64,000 nt of DNA, from assembly GCA_963719515.1 (NCBI GenBank), contig CAVRCJ010000013.1, forward strand, positions 96,001 through 160,000, read 5' to 3'. The notes under the pieces are model-generated. The model saw only the letters and a program-made list of their open reading frames with translations. It made no database searches and was not told the DNA's origin. Position numbers and translations under genes: made by a program. The stretch is from an uncultured cyanobacterium. GTDB taxonomy: Bacteria > Cyanobacteriota > Cyanobacteriia > CAKZMO01. Of the stretch, positions 28,619 to 39,153 are shown one piece after another; positions within the stretch are counted from its first letter, which is position 1, and every line of letters begins with the position of its first letter.

Positions 28619-28693
28619 GGGCGAACGATGGGACTTGAACCCACGAATGGCGGAATCACAATCCGCTGCCTTAACCACTTGGCGACGCTCGCC
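28619..28693 (-). tRNA. tRNA-His (GUG)
   Basis: GGCGAGCGTCGCCAAGTGGTTAAGGCAGCGGATTGTGATTCCGCCATTCGTGGGTTCAAGTCCCATCGTTCGCCC; cloverleaf, extra G-1, CCA not encoded. Confidence 0.95.
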
Positions 28694-28831
28694 GTGCCTT
28701 AGTTATTATAGCAGCTGTCTCCCAAAGTATGGCAAGGGGCGTGGCGACAAATGTAGCGACAAACGCAGCAACAAACTACAGCTGCAAAGCGCTAGGCTAG
28801 CGGAATATGGTAGTTGACTAGATAAACTGAC

Positions 28832-29248
28832 GTGATTAAGCTCGGATCTTTAGTTGCCGTTGGCGTCATTGCCGCTGCTGGCGTAGCCCTAGCGATCGCC
28901 AATCCTGGGCAAGAAGCCTACGCCGCTTATGCGGCAGACCGCCTTGGTGAGCAGCTGGAAAAGTCGCTCTGCCGCAACGTACCCCTTTTCCTGAACAGCA
29001 TTTGCGCCAGCGTTTTGGGGGACCAAGATACCTGGCTGGAAGAAGTGATCGAAGATCAGACCACGCGGCGCAACTTTATTTTTTTCAGCACTTATCAGAC
29101 CGACTTAGCCTCAGAAGCGGCGCTTCAGCGCGTGCTCCCCGCCAATCTATCGTTAGATATCGATGGCTTGCCCACCTATCACGTTGAGTCAGTTGGAGTA
29201 TTCAACCAGTTCTTTACCTATCAGGTCAAACAGACAAAGGCAGAGTGA
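28832..29248 (+). CDS. DUF4359-like exported protein
   Basis: Signal anchor, NPG..AY..YA, TTRRNFIFFSTY.T motifs. Confidence 0.7.
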   Translation: MIKLGSLVAVGVIAAAGVALAIANPGQEAYAAYAADRLGEQLEKSLCRNVPLFLNSICASVLGDQDTWLEEVIEDQTTRRNFIFFSTYQTDLASEAALQRVLPANLSLDIDGLPTYHVESVGVFNQFFTYQVKQTKAE

Positions 29249-29249
29249 G

Positions 29250-30929
29250 TCAGGGGCGATTGCCTCTGTACCCCGCCGTCACCCGCTGGCGCCAGCTCGC
29301 CCTCAGTAGCCCCAGTCCGCTAACCCCCAGAAGAATAGGCGTCAGCCAGTCGCCCCAGCGAACGTACGGGGTTTGGGTTGTCCGTTGCTCTATCGTAGAT
29401 AGCTTTACCGCGTAGACGTTTGCCTCGGCCTGCCAAACCGTGTGGCCGTGGTTGTCAATGATGCCGGAATAGCCGGTGTTTGTGGCCCGTACGGCCCAGC
29501 GATCGGTTTCAACAGCCCGCATTAGATCTTGAGCGTGGTGTTGAGCCATCATTGATGGGGGGTAGGGATCGTTATTGGAGGCGGTAACGATTAGGGTGCC
29601 GCCAGCGGCAGCCTGGACGCGAAAGAAATTGGGAAACGCAGATTCGTAGCAGATGCCAGCGATCGCCTGCCCTAAGCCCGTAGTAAACACTTGGTCAGGC
29701 AGCCCCGGCACCATGCCTGACTGAATGGGAGACAGCCGCCCCACCAGTTTGCCCAACGTGCTTTGCAGAGGAATATACTCTCCCAGGGGCACCAGCTTCA
29801 CCTTGTCGTAGCGTCCCCCAATAGTCCCCTCCCCCTCAACGGCCAGCAGGCTTTGGGTGAGGTTACCCTCTCGCAGTCCAAAGGTGCCCACCAAAGCCGT
29901 CACGCCGCGATCGCGAATCGCTTCGACCATGGGGTTACGGCCCTGTGAAGCGTTACCCTGGAGCACCCAGCGAAAGGGTAACGCCCCTTCCGGCAGCACC
30001 ACCAGCTCTGCGCCTTGGTCCACCAGCTCGTTGTAGCCCTGTGGGTAGCCCCTCAAGGCCCGTCGAAGGCCCTCACCATAAAGCTTGATTCGGGTAGGAA
30101 CGTTGCCCTGAATAATACCGACCGTGAGTGGGGAACTGCTTTGGGCCGGCACATAAAGCAGCAGCAGGCCCAAACCGTGCAGGACCACCAGCAGTCCTAG
30201 GGCTGCTGCGACAAGCCGTTTGGGCTTAGCACGGTCTATCTGAGGAGAGTTTGTACTTTTCTGAGATTTCGCAGTCTGCTGCGGAAAGCCATCAGGGCGG
30301 GTCTTGAGCGCGCGGGACTGTAGCCAGGCCTCAGCCAGAAGACCGTTGACCGCGACGATGGCCGCCGACAAAGCTGCAGGCCCGGAAAGCCGGGAAAGAT
30401 GGAGTGCTGCTAGGTTGACCGGACTTTGGGTGAGGGCTAGAGACGGCCAGTAGAGGATGCCCTGCTGCATCACCCAATCTAGGCCGCACCACAACCCCAT
30501 CCCCAGCACGAGCCGCTGCGCAACTGCCCCAAGGGTCCCCCCCCGATAGTCTGTGACCTGAGAGCATAGGGAAAACAGAGCGGCCCAAGCGCCAATCCAG
30601 AGCCCTCCGACGACCGCCCCTGAGCTCCAGCAAAAAGCGGCGATCGCCAGGCTTGCGAGCCAGGGTACCCCCATCCAGGTGAGCGGGTGGAGGAACCACA
30701 GCCAATGAACAACAATGCCGCTGTAAAGAAATCCCCAAATAAAGCCGTAGCCCCCCGCTACCCAAGGCGACCGCAGGGTACCAGGCTCTTCAGAGCGGAC
30801 CGCAATCCACAGCGGCGCTATGGCAACCCACGCAAGGGGCCAAGCGCCGACGGGAGCGGCTGTCGCACCAATAGCCAGACCTCCGGCGACCGCGAGCCAT
30901 ACGAGATTGAAGTGATGAGGCCTAGGCAT
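29250..30929 (-). CDS. lnt: apolipoprotein N-acyltransferase
   Basis: QGN, PEGA, K.KLVPLGEYIP, ICYES, RAVETDR, NTGYS. Confidence 0.93.
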   Translation of the reverse strand: MPRPHHFNLVWLAVAGGLAIGATAAPVGAWPLAWVAIAPLWIAVRSEEPGTLRSPWVAGGYGFIWGFLYSGIVVHWLWFLHPLTWMGVPWLASLAIAAFCWSSGAVVGGLWIGAWAALFSLCSQVTDYRGGTLGAVAQRLVLGMGLWCGLDWVMQQGILYWPSLALTQSPVNLAALHLSRLSGPAALSAAIVAVNGLLAEAWLQSRALKTRPDGFPQQTAKSQKSTNSPQIDRAKPKRLVAAALGLLVVLHGLGLLLLYVPAQSSSPLTVGIIQGNVPTRIKLYGEGLRRALRGYPQGYNELVDQGAELVVLPEGALPFRWVLQGNASQGRNPMVEAIRDRGVTALVGTFGLREGNLTQSLLAVEGEGTIGGRYDKVKLVPLGEYIPLQSTLGKLVGRLSPIQSGMVPGLPDQVFTTGLGQAIAGICYESAFPNFFRVQAAAGGTLIVTASNNDPYPPSMMAQHHAQDLMRAVETDRWAVRATNTGYSGIIDNHGHTVWQAEANVYAVKLSTIEQRTTQTPYVRWGDWLTPILLGVSGLGLLRASWRQRVTAGYRGNRP

Positions 30930-30954
30930 GGCGGTGTGACCCTAAGTAGGGTAT

Positions 30955-33687
30955 CTATCCAGCCTCACCCGCCTCGTCGCCCGCCTCATTCGGGCCTGAG
31001 CCGCCCTCCGGGCCGTCCAGCTGGTCAGCGATCGCCGCTGAGAGACTAGAGAGATCTGGCGCGTCCGTCAATAGGTCATTAGAGACCACGTCGGGAACAG
31101 CGCCACAGTCTGAGTCCGAGCTAGCGCAGTCTGAGGCGTCGCCGTCGGCAATTCCGGTCCCATCCTCCTGTAGCGGCGGCACAATCGCAATGCCGGCGAT
31201 CGCATCGTCGTCGTCTAGTCGCTGCACCTGCACCCCCGTTGCTGCTCGGGATTGACAAGAAATAGCGTCAACGGCTTGCCGGATAACAATCCCCCGGTTG
31301 GTGACGATAATCAGTTCGTCTGAATCGCCTACCACCCGCAGCGCCGCCATCTGGTCATTTTTCTTGCGGAACTTAATGGCCCGCAGCCCCAGTCCGGCTC
31401 GCTTTTGAAGTCGGAACTGAGAGATCGGAACCCGCTTGCCCAGCCCTCCTGTGGTGATCACTAACACCCAAGGCCCTTCGTCTGCCGGTGGAGCCTCATC
31501 TTCGCTGTCGACGTCTGTCGACAACACCTCGCCCACTTCATCCAAAGTACGGCCCGACAAGATATCCATGCTGATCAGTTCGTCATTCTTCCGAAGCGAC
31601 ATGGCACGAACGCCTCTAGTCGGTCGACCGAGAGGGCGGAGCTGCTCGTGGTCCGTGCGGAAGTGAATGGTCATCCCTTGGCTTGATCCAATGATGATGC
31701 TGTCTTCTTCGCGAGCACGACGCACCCAGCGCAACTGATCGCCTTCTTCTAAGGAAATAGCGATTAAGCCGTTAGCGCGAATGTTGCTAAACGCCGACAG
31801 CTCCGTCTTTTTGACGTAGCCCCCGCAGGTGAGCATCACCAAATACTCATCGTCGGTAAACTCCGTAACCGGCACGATAGAGGTAATCTTTTCGTCTCGG
31901 GGAATAGGCAGCATTTGCACCACGGGAAGCCCCCGCGCCGTCCGGGACGCCGCCGGGATTTGGTAGGCCTTGAGGCAGTAGGCAACGCCGCGATCGCTAA
32001 AGAACAAAATGCTGTCGTGGTCGCAGCAGCTAATGAAGTGCTCGACGCCGTCGTCTTCCTTCATTCGGGCTCCGGCCTTCCCTCGAGTGGCGCGGTTTTG
32101 CGCCTCAAAGGCGCTCACCGGCATGCGCTTCAGGTAGCCTTGCTCTGTCAGCATGATGATCGCCTGCTCATTGGCGATCAGATCCATGTCTTCAAGGTCG
32201 CCCAGGGTCTGCTCGATTACCGTCATCCGAGGGGTCGAGTAGGCCTGCTTGAGTTCGGTGGCCTCTGTCTCCACGATGTCCAGGATGCGCTCGCGGCGGG
32301 CCAGGATATCCTGCAGATCCAAAATCTCTTCCTGGAGCGCTTCGTGCTCCTGCTGGATTTTCTCTGCCTCCAGCGCCGTCAGCCGCCGCAGCTGCATCTG
32401 TAGGATGGCGTCTGCTTGGGTATTAGAGAGGGCAAAGCGCTCGGTAAGCTCCTGCCGGGCCGTGGGGGTGTCCGCCGCAGCCCGAATGAGGTGAATGATC
32501 TCATCTAAGTTATCGAGGGCAATCAGTAAGCCCTGGAGCAGGTGATCTCGCTCTTCCGCGCGGCGCAGCAGGTACTGGGTGCGCCGGGTAATGGTCTCAA
32601 TGCGGAACTCAAGGAACACTTCTAGCGTGCGCTTGATGCTCAGCAGCTGCGGCTCGCCGTCGACAAGGGCCAGCATATTGACGCCAAAGTTAGATTGAAT
32701 TGGCGTCTGCTTATAGAGGTTGTTGAGCACCACGCGAGGATAGGCGTCCCGCTTCAGCTCGATAACAATGCGCATACCGGTGCGATCGCTCTCGTCGCGA
32801 ATGTCGGAGATGCCGTCCAGGCGGCGATCGTTCACCAACTCGGCGATTTTCTCAATCAGCGCCGCTTTGTTGGTTTGATAGGGCAGCTCGGTCACGATGA
32901 TGGCTTCACGGTCAGGGCGACCCCGCTGCTCTAAGGTCTCAATCTCCGCGACGCCCCGCATTGTAATCGAGCCACGCCCGGTGATATAGGCATCTCGGAT
33001 ACCGCTAGTCCCCAAAATTTTTCCCCCTGTGGGAAAGTCAGGGCCGGGTATATGGCGGCGCAGCTCTTCGTCTGATATTTCGGGCTGATGAATCAGGGCC
33101 ACCAAACCATCCACAATCTCGCCCAAATTATGGGGAGGAATGTTAGTGGCCATGCCCACAGCGATGCCAGATGAACCGTTGAGCAGCAGCTGGGGAATCC
33201 GCGCCGGCATGACCACGGGCTCTTGCTGAGAGCCATCGAAGTTGTCGGCAAAATCGACCGTTTCCGCCTCGATATCCTGAAGCAGGGCGTTAGAGGTCAG
33301 CGCCTGCAGGCGACACTCGGTGTATCGCATAGCGGCGGGTGGGTCGTTGTCAACGGAGCCAAAGTTGCCGTGCCCGTTGATGAGCGGCAGCCGCATGGAA
33401 AAGTTCTGTGCCATGCGAACCAGGGCATCGTAGACAGCGGTATCCCCGTGGGGATGATACTTGCCCAGCACTTCCCCAACGACGCGAGCGCACTTCCGGA
33501 ATGGACGATCCGCCGTCAGACCCAGCTCATGCATGGCGTAGAGAATTCGCCGGTGTACAGGCTTCAGGCCATCGCGGGCGTCAGGCAATGCCCGCCCGAC
33601 AATGACGCTCATGGCGTACTCTAAGTAGGACCGAGACATCTCGTTGCGGAGATCTGTTGAGATGATCCGCTCTTGGGGAATGCTCAT
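30955..33687 (-). CDS. gyrA: DNA gyrase subunit A
   Basis: [29 protein letters not shown], GyrA-box-like QNRATRG; start placed at MSIPQER. Confidence 0.95.
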   Translation of the reverse strand: MSIPQERIISTDLRNEMSRSYLEYAMSVIVGRALPDARDGLKPVHRRILYAMHELGLTADRPFRKCARVVGEVLGKYHPHGDTAVYDALVRMAQNFSMRLPLINGHGNFGSVDNDPPAAMRYTECRLQALTSNALLQDIEAETVDFADNFDGSQQEPVVMPARIPQLLLNGSSGIAVGMATNIPPHNLGEIVDGLVALIHQPEISDEELRRHIPGPDFPTGGKILGTSGIRDAYITGRGSITMRGVAEIETLEQRGRPDREAIIVTELPYQTNKAALIEKIAELVNDRRLDGISDIRDESDRTGMRIVIELKRDAYPRVVLNNLYKQTPIQSNFGVNMLALVDGEPQLLSIKRTLEVFLEFRIETITRRTQYLLRRAEERDHLLQGLLIALDNLDEIIHLIRAAADTPTARQELTERFALSNTQADAILQMQLRRLTALEAEKIQQEHEALQEEILDLQDILARRERILDIVETEATELKQAYSTPRMTVIEQTLGDLEDMDLIANEQAIIMLTEQGYLKRMPVSAFEAQNRATRGKAGARMKEDDGVEHFISCCDHDSILFFSDRGVAYCLKAYQIPAASRTARGLPVVQMLPIPRDEKITSIVPVTEFTDDEYLVMLTCGGYVKKTELSAFSNIRANGLIAISLEEGDQLRWVRRAREEDSIIIGSSQGMTIHFRTDHEQLRPLGRPTRGVRAMSLRKNDELISMDILSGRTLDEVGEVLSTDVDSEDEAPPADEGPWVLVITTGGLGKRVPISQFRLQKRAGLGLRAIKFRKKNDQMAALRVVGDSDELIIVTNRGIVIRQAVDAISCQSRAATGVQVQRLDDDDAIAGIAIVPPLQEDGTGIADGDASDCASSDSDCGAVPDVVSNDLLTDAPDLSSLSAAIADQLDGPEGGSGPNEAGDEAGEAG

Positions 33688-33930
33688 ACGTTTTGAAACC
33701 CGAAAAAAACTAGACTCCCAGGCAGCCACTAAATGCAGCGCCTGCAGAGGGAAAATTACGTGTCGTAGTGCTGTGTCTTAATTCCCCCATTTTAGCATGC
33801 GCAGCGTAATCGGTTTGGTCCTTTGCCCGTAACGGTTACATCGAATTTTGACCGACCTATCGACTTCCGCTTTGAGACAGAATCCCGCTAAAATAACGTG
33901 GCACTCCAAAGACCTGGGAGGCTGCGCGTC

Positions 33931-34863
33931 ATGCTGCCCATATTCTATTCGGACCAGTTTCTTGACCATGACACAGGAGCCTTTCACCCCGAAAACGCAG
34001 GGCGATTGACCGCCGTTGTTGCGGCGCTAAAAGGTCTTCCCTTCTCAGGGCAGCTGGCGTGGCGATCGCCCACGCCAGTGGCGCAACAGGAGCGCCTGCG
34101 CCAGGCCATTGACGCCGTACATGCGCCCCGCTACCTCAAGCAGCTGCAGCAAGTGGCCGATGCCGGGGGGGGGCCCCTTGATGCCGACACTTTGATGTCT
34201 TCTCGTAGCTTTGAGGTCGCGCAGCTTGCCGTTAGCGCCTGGCTAGACAGCGTTGATTACGCCCACCAGCACCAAAGGCCGAGCTATGCCCTAACTAGGC
34301 CCCCAGGCCACCACGCGCTGTCCGACCGAGGCATGGGGTTTTGCTTACTGTCTAATGCGGCGATCGCCGCTCACTACGCACTGACGCTGCCGGGCATCGA
34401 TCGCGTCGCAGTTCTAGATTGGGACGTTCACCACGGCAACGGGACGCAGGCCATCGTAGAAACCCATCCTCAGATCGCCTACTGCTCTCTGCACGAATTT
34501 CCCCACTACCCCGGCACCGGCAGTGCAGCAGAAACCGGACAGCACAACAACGTTTTAAATCTTCCTTTGAAAGCGGGGTGTGACATTCAAGAGTACGATC
34601 TAGCGATGCGCGACCGCGCCTTGCCATTTCTAGAACAGTGGCGTCCTGACCTCTTGGTTATCAGCGCTGGATACGACGCCAGCCGGGCGGATCCGCTGTC
34701 TAGGCAAAATCTGCGTCCTGCTGACTACGGCCTGCTGACGCGACGGTGTTTAGCCTTGACCTCGGCGATCGCGTTTGGGCTAGAAGGGGGCTACGAGCAC
34801 AATGACCTGGCCATGTGCGTTTCGGCAACTCTTGAAGCCTGCCTCAGTGAATCGACGAGCTGA
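33931..34863 (+). CDS. histone deacetylase family protein
   Basis: HPE, RPPGHH, GFC, DWDVHHGNGTQ, SAGYD, LEGGY. Confidence 0.93.
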   Translation: MLPIFYSDQFLDHDTGAFHPENAGRLTAVVAALKGLPFSGQLAWRSPTPVAQQERLRQAIDAVHAPRYLKQLQQVADAGGGPLDADTLMSSRSFEVAQLAVSAWLDSVDYAHQHQRPSYALTRPPGHHALSDRGMGFCLLSNAAIAAHYALTLPGIDRVAVLDWDVHHGNGTQAIVETHPQIAYCSLHEFPHYPGTGSAAETGQHNNVLNLPLKAGCDIQEYDLAMRDRALPFLEQWRPDLLVISAGYDASRADPLSRQNLRPADYGLLTRRCLALTSAIAFGLEGGYEHNDLAMCVSATLEACLSESTS

Positions 34864-34961
34864 AAGTGCCGCATTGCCCCAAAATTCACTGAGATTTGAC
34901 TTTTATCAACGGTATGACATGTAACAGTTGAGTCACGATATCGGCGAACGCATCTGATAGC

Positions 34962-35096
34962 CTACACCAGCCGGTCAGCGTTGCTGCAGTCGTGAATCTC
35001 TGGGTCGCAGCCTGGACTTTTAGCCGTTGGGTCGAGCGCCCGACCTCCCATAGCGCCAAGTACTAAAACAAGCAGGAAAGTAGACACATATTTCAT
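34962..35096 (-). CDS. putative 44-aa secreted peptide with a Cys pair (not in the ORF track)
   Basis: MKYVSTFLLVLVLGAMGGRALDPTAKSPGCDPEIHDCSNADRLV; AGAGGA SD upstream; signal-peptide-like N-terminus. Confidence 0.55.
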   Translation of the reverse strand: MKYVSTFLLVLVLGAMGGRALDPTAKSPGCDPEIHDCSNADRLV

Positions 35097-35450
35097 CTGT
35101 AAGTAGTCCTCTAGATAGATGCACGTCTAAATAGAGAGTGCCGCCAGATTTATGCAGGATTATTCAGGGGGCCTACTGAAAACTGCGAGATCTTGAAGAG
35201 AATCTAAAGATTCTGTCGGTGCGATTACGGATTGCGCTCTGTTATCGTCAGGTTGTCTAGCGCTTACGGCTACCGAGGTTTAGGATGTTGTCGTTAGGAC
35301 ATTAGCTTTGAAGAACATTTCAGACGCTCGCCTAACTCGTGCGAGTTATTCTGAGAACCTGCGCTATGGGGCTTCAGCCGAGGTTAAGATTTATTAACTT
35401 TGGTATCCCCCTAGATATTTAATCAATAAGACGGTACTATTAGTTTCAAC

Positions 35451-35654
35451 ATGGTGTTCAGTCAGCAACCCATTAAGCTTGGCCAGTTTTTAAAGATAAA
35501 GCAGGTTGTTCAGACCGGCGGGCAGGCAAAGATGCTTGTTCAATCTGGCGAGGTGCTTGTCAACGGAGCTGTTGAAACGCAGCGAGGCCGCAAGCTTTTT
35601 CCAGGCGATTGCGTGGAAGTATTCAACTCAACTTATCAGGTTGATGCTGAGTAG
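35451..35654 (+). CDS. RNA-binding S4 domain protein (YaaA/YbcJ-like)
   Basis: IKLGQFLK...TGGQAK...V.VNG..ETQRGRKL..GD.V. Confidence 0.9.
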   Translation: MVFSQQPIKLGQFLKIKQVVQTGGQAKMLVQSGEVLVNGAVETQRGRKLFPGDCVEVFNSTYQVDAE

Positions 35655-35952
35655 TGTTTTCACTCTCAGAGATTGAATCCTAAGGGCTTGTCCCCCAGGT
35701 TTACGCTGTAGCAGCGCTCGAGCGAGCGAGCTTGTGCAAGCCTGTAGCTGAATTAACGCTAGAGACAGGGTGTGTGCGGTGCGTTTGGAGCTTTTCCGAG
35801 ACGCTCCGTTTTCATAAGTGCGAAGCTGGCTGCGTCAAAGCGGTTTTGATTGAGCCTTACGTCGAGCTGATTTGGTCATCAGGGCATCTCTGCGTTCTGG
35901 CGCTGCGCCGAGCACCATTCTCACCATCACATTATTATGTAGAGGAATTAGT

Positions 35953-36135
35953 ATGACTCCGTCCAACGAACTGCCTAAGTTTTTAGCAGATATTCATCGA
36001 AACTCATGGCAGGCGCGTGTCAGACAGCTAAAGCGGGAGCTGTCTCGAAAGAGCGAACCCCCTGCATTTAGCGGTGGCCGCCGATCTACAAAGCGCTCCA
36101 AGCCTCGTCGCTACAATGCAGCCCACAGCAGCTAA
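35953..36135 (+). CDS. small basic hypothetical protein (60 aa)
   Basis: AGAGGA SD before ATG 35953; MTPSNELPKFLADIHRNSWQARVRQLKREL... Confidence 0.45.
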   Translation: MTPSNELPKFLADIHRNSWQARVRQLKRELSRKSEPPAFSGGRRSTKRSKPRRYNAAHSS

Positions 36136-36165
36136 AAGCCTCGTCATGCGGCCAGTCCCATCGAA

Positions 36166-37458
36166 ATGAGTTCAGGTAAGGCTATGACGAACGATTCAAC
36201 ACCTGCTCACTCAAGGGATCTCTCCTCGTCCCCCCTCAGTGGTGAACAGGGCCGCGAGCAAGATGCTCAGTTGCCCAAAGATATTAGGGATATCGACCCG
36301 TCCAGCACTATCAGCCAGCGTCGAGCTTGCTATGAGCAAGCCGTGCGCACCGCCATCGCCCATCAATTTCCCCTTGGGAAAGAGGACCTTTGGAGCCTAA
36401 AGCGTCTGCAGCAAGAGCTGCAGGTTCCCGATGACGTCGCTCAAGCGATCAACCGTCACATTGTTTCGCTTGCGGCAGAGGAAGAGTCCCGATACCAAGA
36501 GCTGCTTCAGCGCTACGAGGTTCAATTCCAGGCCGTTTTAGAGAAGAAGCGTATGGTGTCTGATGCCGATCGGCGTCAGCTCACCCAGCGCCTCTCTCAA
36601 TGGGGAATTGCATCGAGTGATGCGGCCATTGTCGAGCGGCAAGTGCGCGCCCAGTATCAAGCTAGCCAGGTCTCCGCTCGGGCTAGCTCCGATCCTGCCG
36701 CCCGGAAGTCGTTTCGAGATTTAGAGGCAACTCGATTAGAGGGATTTGCTCTCCCGGTGTCAGAAGGTCATCTGTCGCCAGATCCGTCTTCCTCGGACTC
36801 GCCGTTAGCACCCCTAAGCAGGGCGTCCTCTGCTTATTCTGACCCCATGGTGCAGGAGACCCTAGACGAGCCTGAGCGCGATCAGATACGCGGCGCTCAT
36901 GGCGGCAGCACGCCTGATTACGGCACGTTAGAGGCTTTACTGCAGGCAGGAAATTGGGAGCAGGCAGACCATGAAACTTACCGGTGCCTGCTGCAGGCCA
37001 GCGATCGCACCTCCGAGGGCTGGCTAGACAAAGCGTCACTGCTTGAAACGTTGCCTGATGAGGACTTAGGACAGATTGATCGTCTTTGGCAAACCTACAG
37101 CGACGGTCACTTTGGCTTCAGCGTTCAGCGCGATATCTTTTTGGAGCTGGTTGCCGCCGACTCAGCCCATAGGACAAGCCCAATGAGCTTTAGTCAGCAG
37201 ATTGGCTGGATGCTTTTAGATAAACCTTTCCTAGGATTTAAATACTACCGACAGCTGGACTTTAGCCTAGATGCGCCGAGGGGGCACCTACCCGCCAAGT
37301 GGTTTTGGGAAATTCCGTGGCAGCAGGCCCTAAAATGCGGTGGCCTAGGCGTGGGTCGGGGGGGCTGCGGCAAGGACGGCGGCCTGCTCGCAGCGCTGTA
37401 CGACGTCCGGCTAGCGGGGGCTTCAGGTCAACCGCAGGCTAGTGGCTCGCCCCAATAG
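36166..37458 (+). CDS. GUN4 domain-containing protein
   Basis: C-terminal L..LL.AGNWEQAD.ET...IDRLWQTYSDGHFGFSVQ...APRGHLP. Confidence 0.85.
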   Translation: MSSGKAMTNDSTPAHSRDLSSSPLSGEQGREQDAQLPKDIRDIDPSSTISQRRACYEQAVRTAIAHQFPLGKEDLWSLKRLQQELQVPDDVAQAINRHIVSLAAEEESRYQELLQRYEVQFQAVLEKKRMVSDADRRQLTQRLSQWGIASSDAAIVERQVRAQYQASQVSARASSDPAARKSFRDLEATRLEGFALPVSEGHLSPDPSSSDSPLAPLSRASSAYSDPMVQETLDEPERDQIRGAHGGSTPDYGTLEALLQAGNWEQADHETYRCLLQASDRTSEGWLDKASLLETLPDEDLGQIDRLWQTYSDGHFGFSVQRDIFLELVAADSAHRTSPMSFSQQIGWMLLDKPFLGFKYYRQLDFSLDAPRGHLPAKWFWEIPWQQALKCGGLGVGRGGCGKDGGLLAALYDVRLAGASGQPQASGSPQ

Positions 37459-37510
37459 ACGGCCCTAGCGGCCCGCCTTAAACCCGCCTGTTTGAACTTA
37501 TAGGTCGGTT

Positions 37511-38524
37511 ATGCTGGACGGGCTACTCAATCAGTCCAAAGGAGCCTCTATCGTGACGAGTCCACGCGTACTCTGCCTGGGTGAAATTTTGTTTGACCTA
37601 ATTTCCGAGCAGCCGGGAGTGCCCTACGAATCGGTGTCTTCCTGGAAGGCCTATCCCGGCGGGGCCCCGGCAAACGTGGCCTGTGCGCTGGTAAAGCTGG
37701 GAACCCCTGCCGGTTTTCTGGGCTGCGTTGGGCGCGATAGTCCGGGGCGCGAGCTTGTGCAGCTGCTGGATAATATTGGCGTGGCGACGGAGGCCGTTCA
37801 GCGCCACGAGACTCAGCCGACGCGGGAAATCTACGTCATCCGTACCGCTGACGGCGATCGCCAGTTTGTAGGCTTTGGCGATCGCGATACGAGCGAGTTT
37901 GCCGATACCGCGCTGCAGGCCGGCCAGATCTCGCCAGAGCTCTTTGAGCGCGCCGACTACCTGGTGCTGGGCTCCCTAGAGCTGCCCTACGCCGATACCG
38001 CTGAGGCGATTCATCGGGCGCTCGACCTAGCCAAGCAGTACGGCGTGAAGGTTGTGCTAGACGTCAACTGGCGGCCCATGTTTTGGCCCAACCCCGATGA
38101 GGCTAAGCCCGCCGTCCTTGACTTGATTCAGCGAGCCGACATCCTCAAGCTGTCGGATGAGGAGGCCGAGTGGCTGTTTGATACGACTGACCCCGGCGCG
38201 ATCGCCAGCCAGCTGGGTAGCGTAGATGCGGTGATGGTCACTGCCGGAGCCAAGGGGTGCGCCTACTGGCTGTTGGGTAACCAGGGCGATCGCCCAGCCT
38301 TTGAGGTCGCAGTAGAAGAAACGACGGGGGCAGGAGACAGCTTTTTAGCCGGGTTCCTCCATCAGCTCTGTACCCAAGGGGTTGAGGCCATGGGCCAAGC
38401 CGACGCGGCCGGCGAGGCCATCACCTATGCCTGCGCCGTCGGAGCTCTGACCACTATGCGCCCTGGGGCGATCGCGGCTCAGCCCACGGCGGACGAAGTC
38501 GATCGCTTTTTGCAGTCGCAGTAA
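37511..38524 (+). CDS. PfkB-family carbohydrate kinase (fructokinase-like)
   Basis: GGAPANVA, DVNWRP, TTGAGDSF. The true start may be the GTG at 37553. Confidence 0.9.
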   Translation: MLDGLLNQSKGASIVTSPRVLCLGEILFDLISEQPGVPYESVSSWKAYPGGAPANVACALVKLGTPAGFLGCVGRDSPGRELVQLLDNIGVATEAVQRHETQPTREIYVIRTADGDRQFVGFGDRDTSEFADTALQAGQISPELFERADYLVLGSLELPYADTAEAIHRALDLAKQYGVKVVLDVNWRPMFWPNPDEAKPAVLDLIQRADILKLSDEEAEWLFDTTDPGAIASQLGSVDAVMVTAGAKGCAYWLLGNQGDRPAFEVAVEETTGAGDSFLAGFLHQLCTQGVEAMGQADAAGEAITYACAVGALTTMRPGAIAAQPTADEVDRFLQSQ

Positions 38525-38585
38525 CCTTACCGCTAGGGCAACGGAAGAAACGCCTTTGCTCTTTGTGTAGATGAGGTTCAGCAGT

Positions 38586-39061
38586 ATGGGCACCGAAATT
38601 GAGCGAAAGTTTTTGGTTACGGGAGAAGGCTGGCGGCAGCTGGCCTCCGGCACCGCATACCGTCAGGGCTATATTCGCGCAGCCGGACGCAAAATCAAAC
38701 TACGGTGAGGGTGCGGCGGGCCGGGGACAGAGGCTACATCACGATTAAAGGGCCTACCGTAGGGCTTGCCCGGGCGGAGTTTGAATATGAGATTCCGGTC
38801 GAGGACGCCGATGAGATGCTGACAACCCTCTGCGATCGCCCCCTCATTGAAAAGCGCCGCTACAGGATTCCGGTCGGCGAGGTGACTTGGGAAATCGACG
38901 AATTTTACGGAGAAAACCAGGGCCTAATTTTGGCGGAGGTCGAGCTGACAACGGCGGACCAGCCGCTGGACGCGCCGAGCTGGATCGGCCCAGAGGTCTC
39001 TCAAGACCCGCGCTATTTCAATTCTAATTTGGCTGAGCGGCCCTACAGCCGCTGGCAGTGA
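38586..39061 (+). CDS. CYTH domain protein (adenylate cyclase/triphosphatase-like), frameshifted near 38676-38700
   Basis: [15 protein letters not shown] in one frame; [39 protein letters not shown] in another. Confidence 0.85.
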
Positions 39062-39153
39062 CGCTCGGCGCCGTGGCCGCAGGCCGATGTTTTGCCGTCA
39101 AATTCGCAAATGAAGTACTATTTAGTCGAGAATCAACCCCGCCAGCAAGCCGC

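Noticed and set aside
28619..28693. tRNA genes as prophage or island attachment sites
   Set aside because: No integrase and no duplicated tRNA 3' end seen near tRNA-His or tRNA-Leu.
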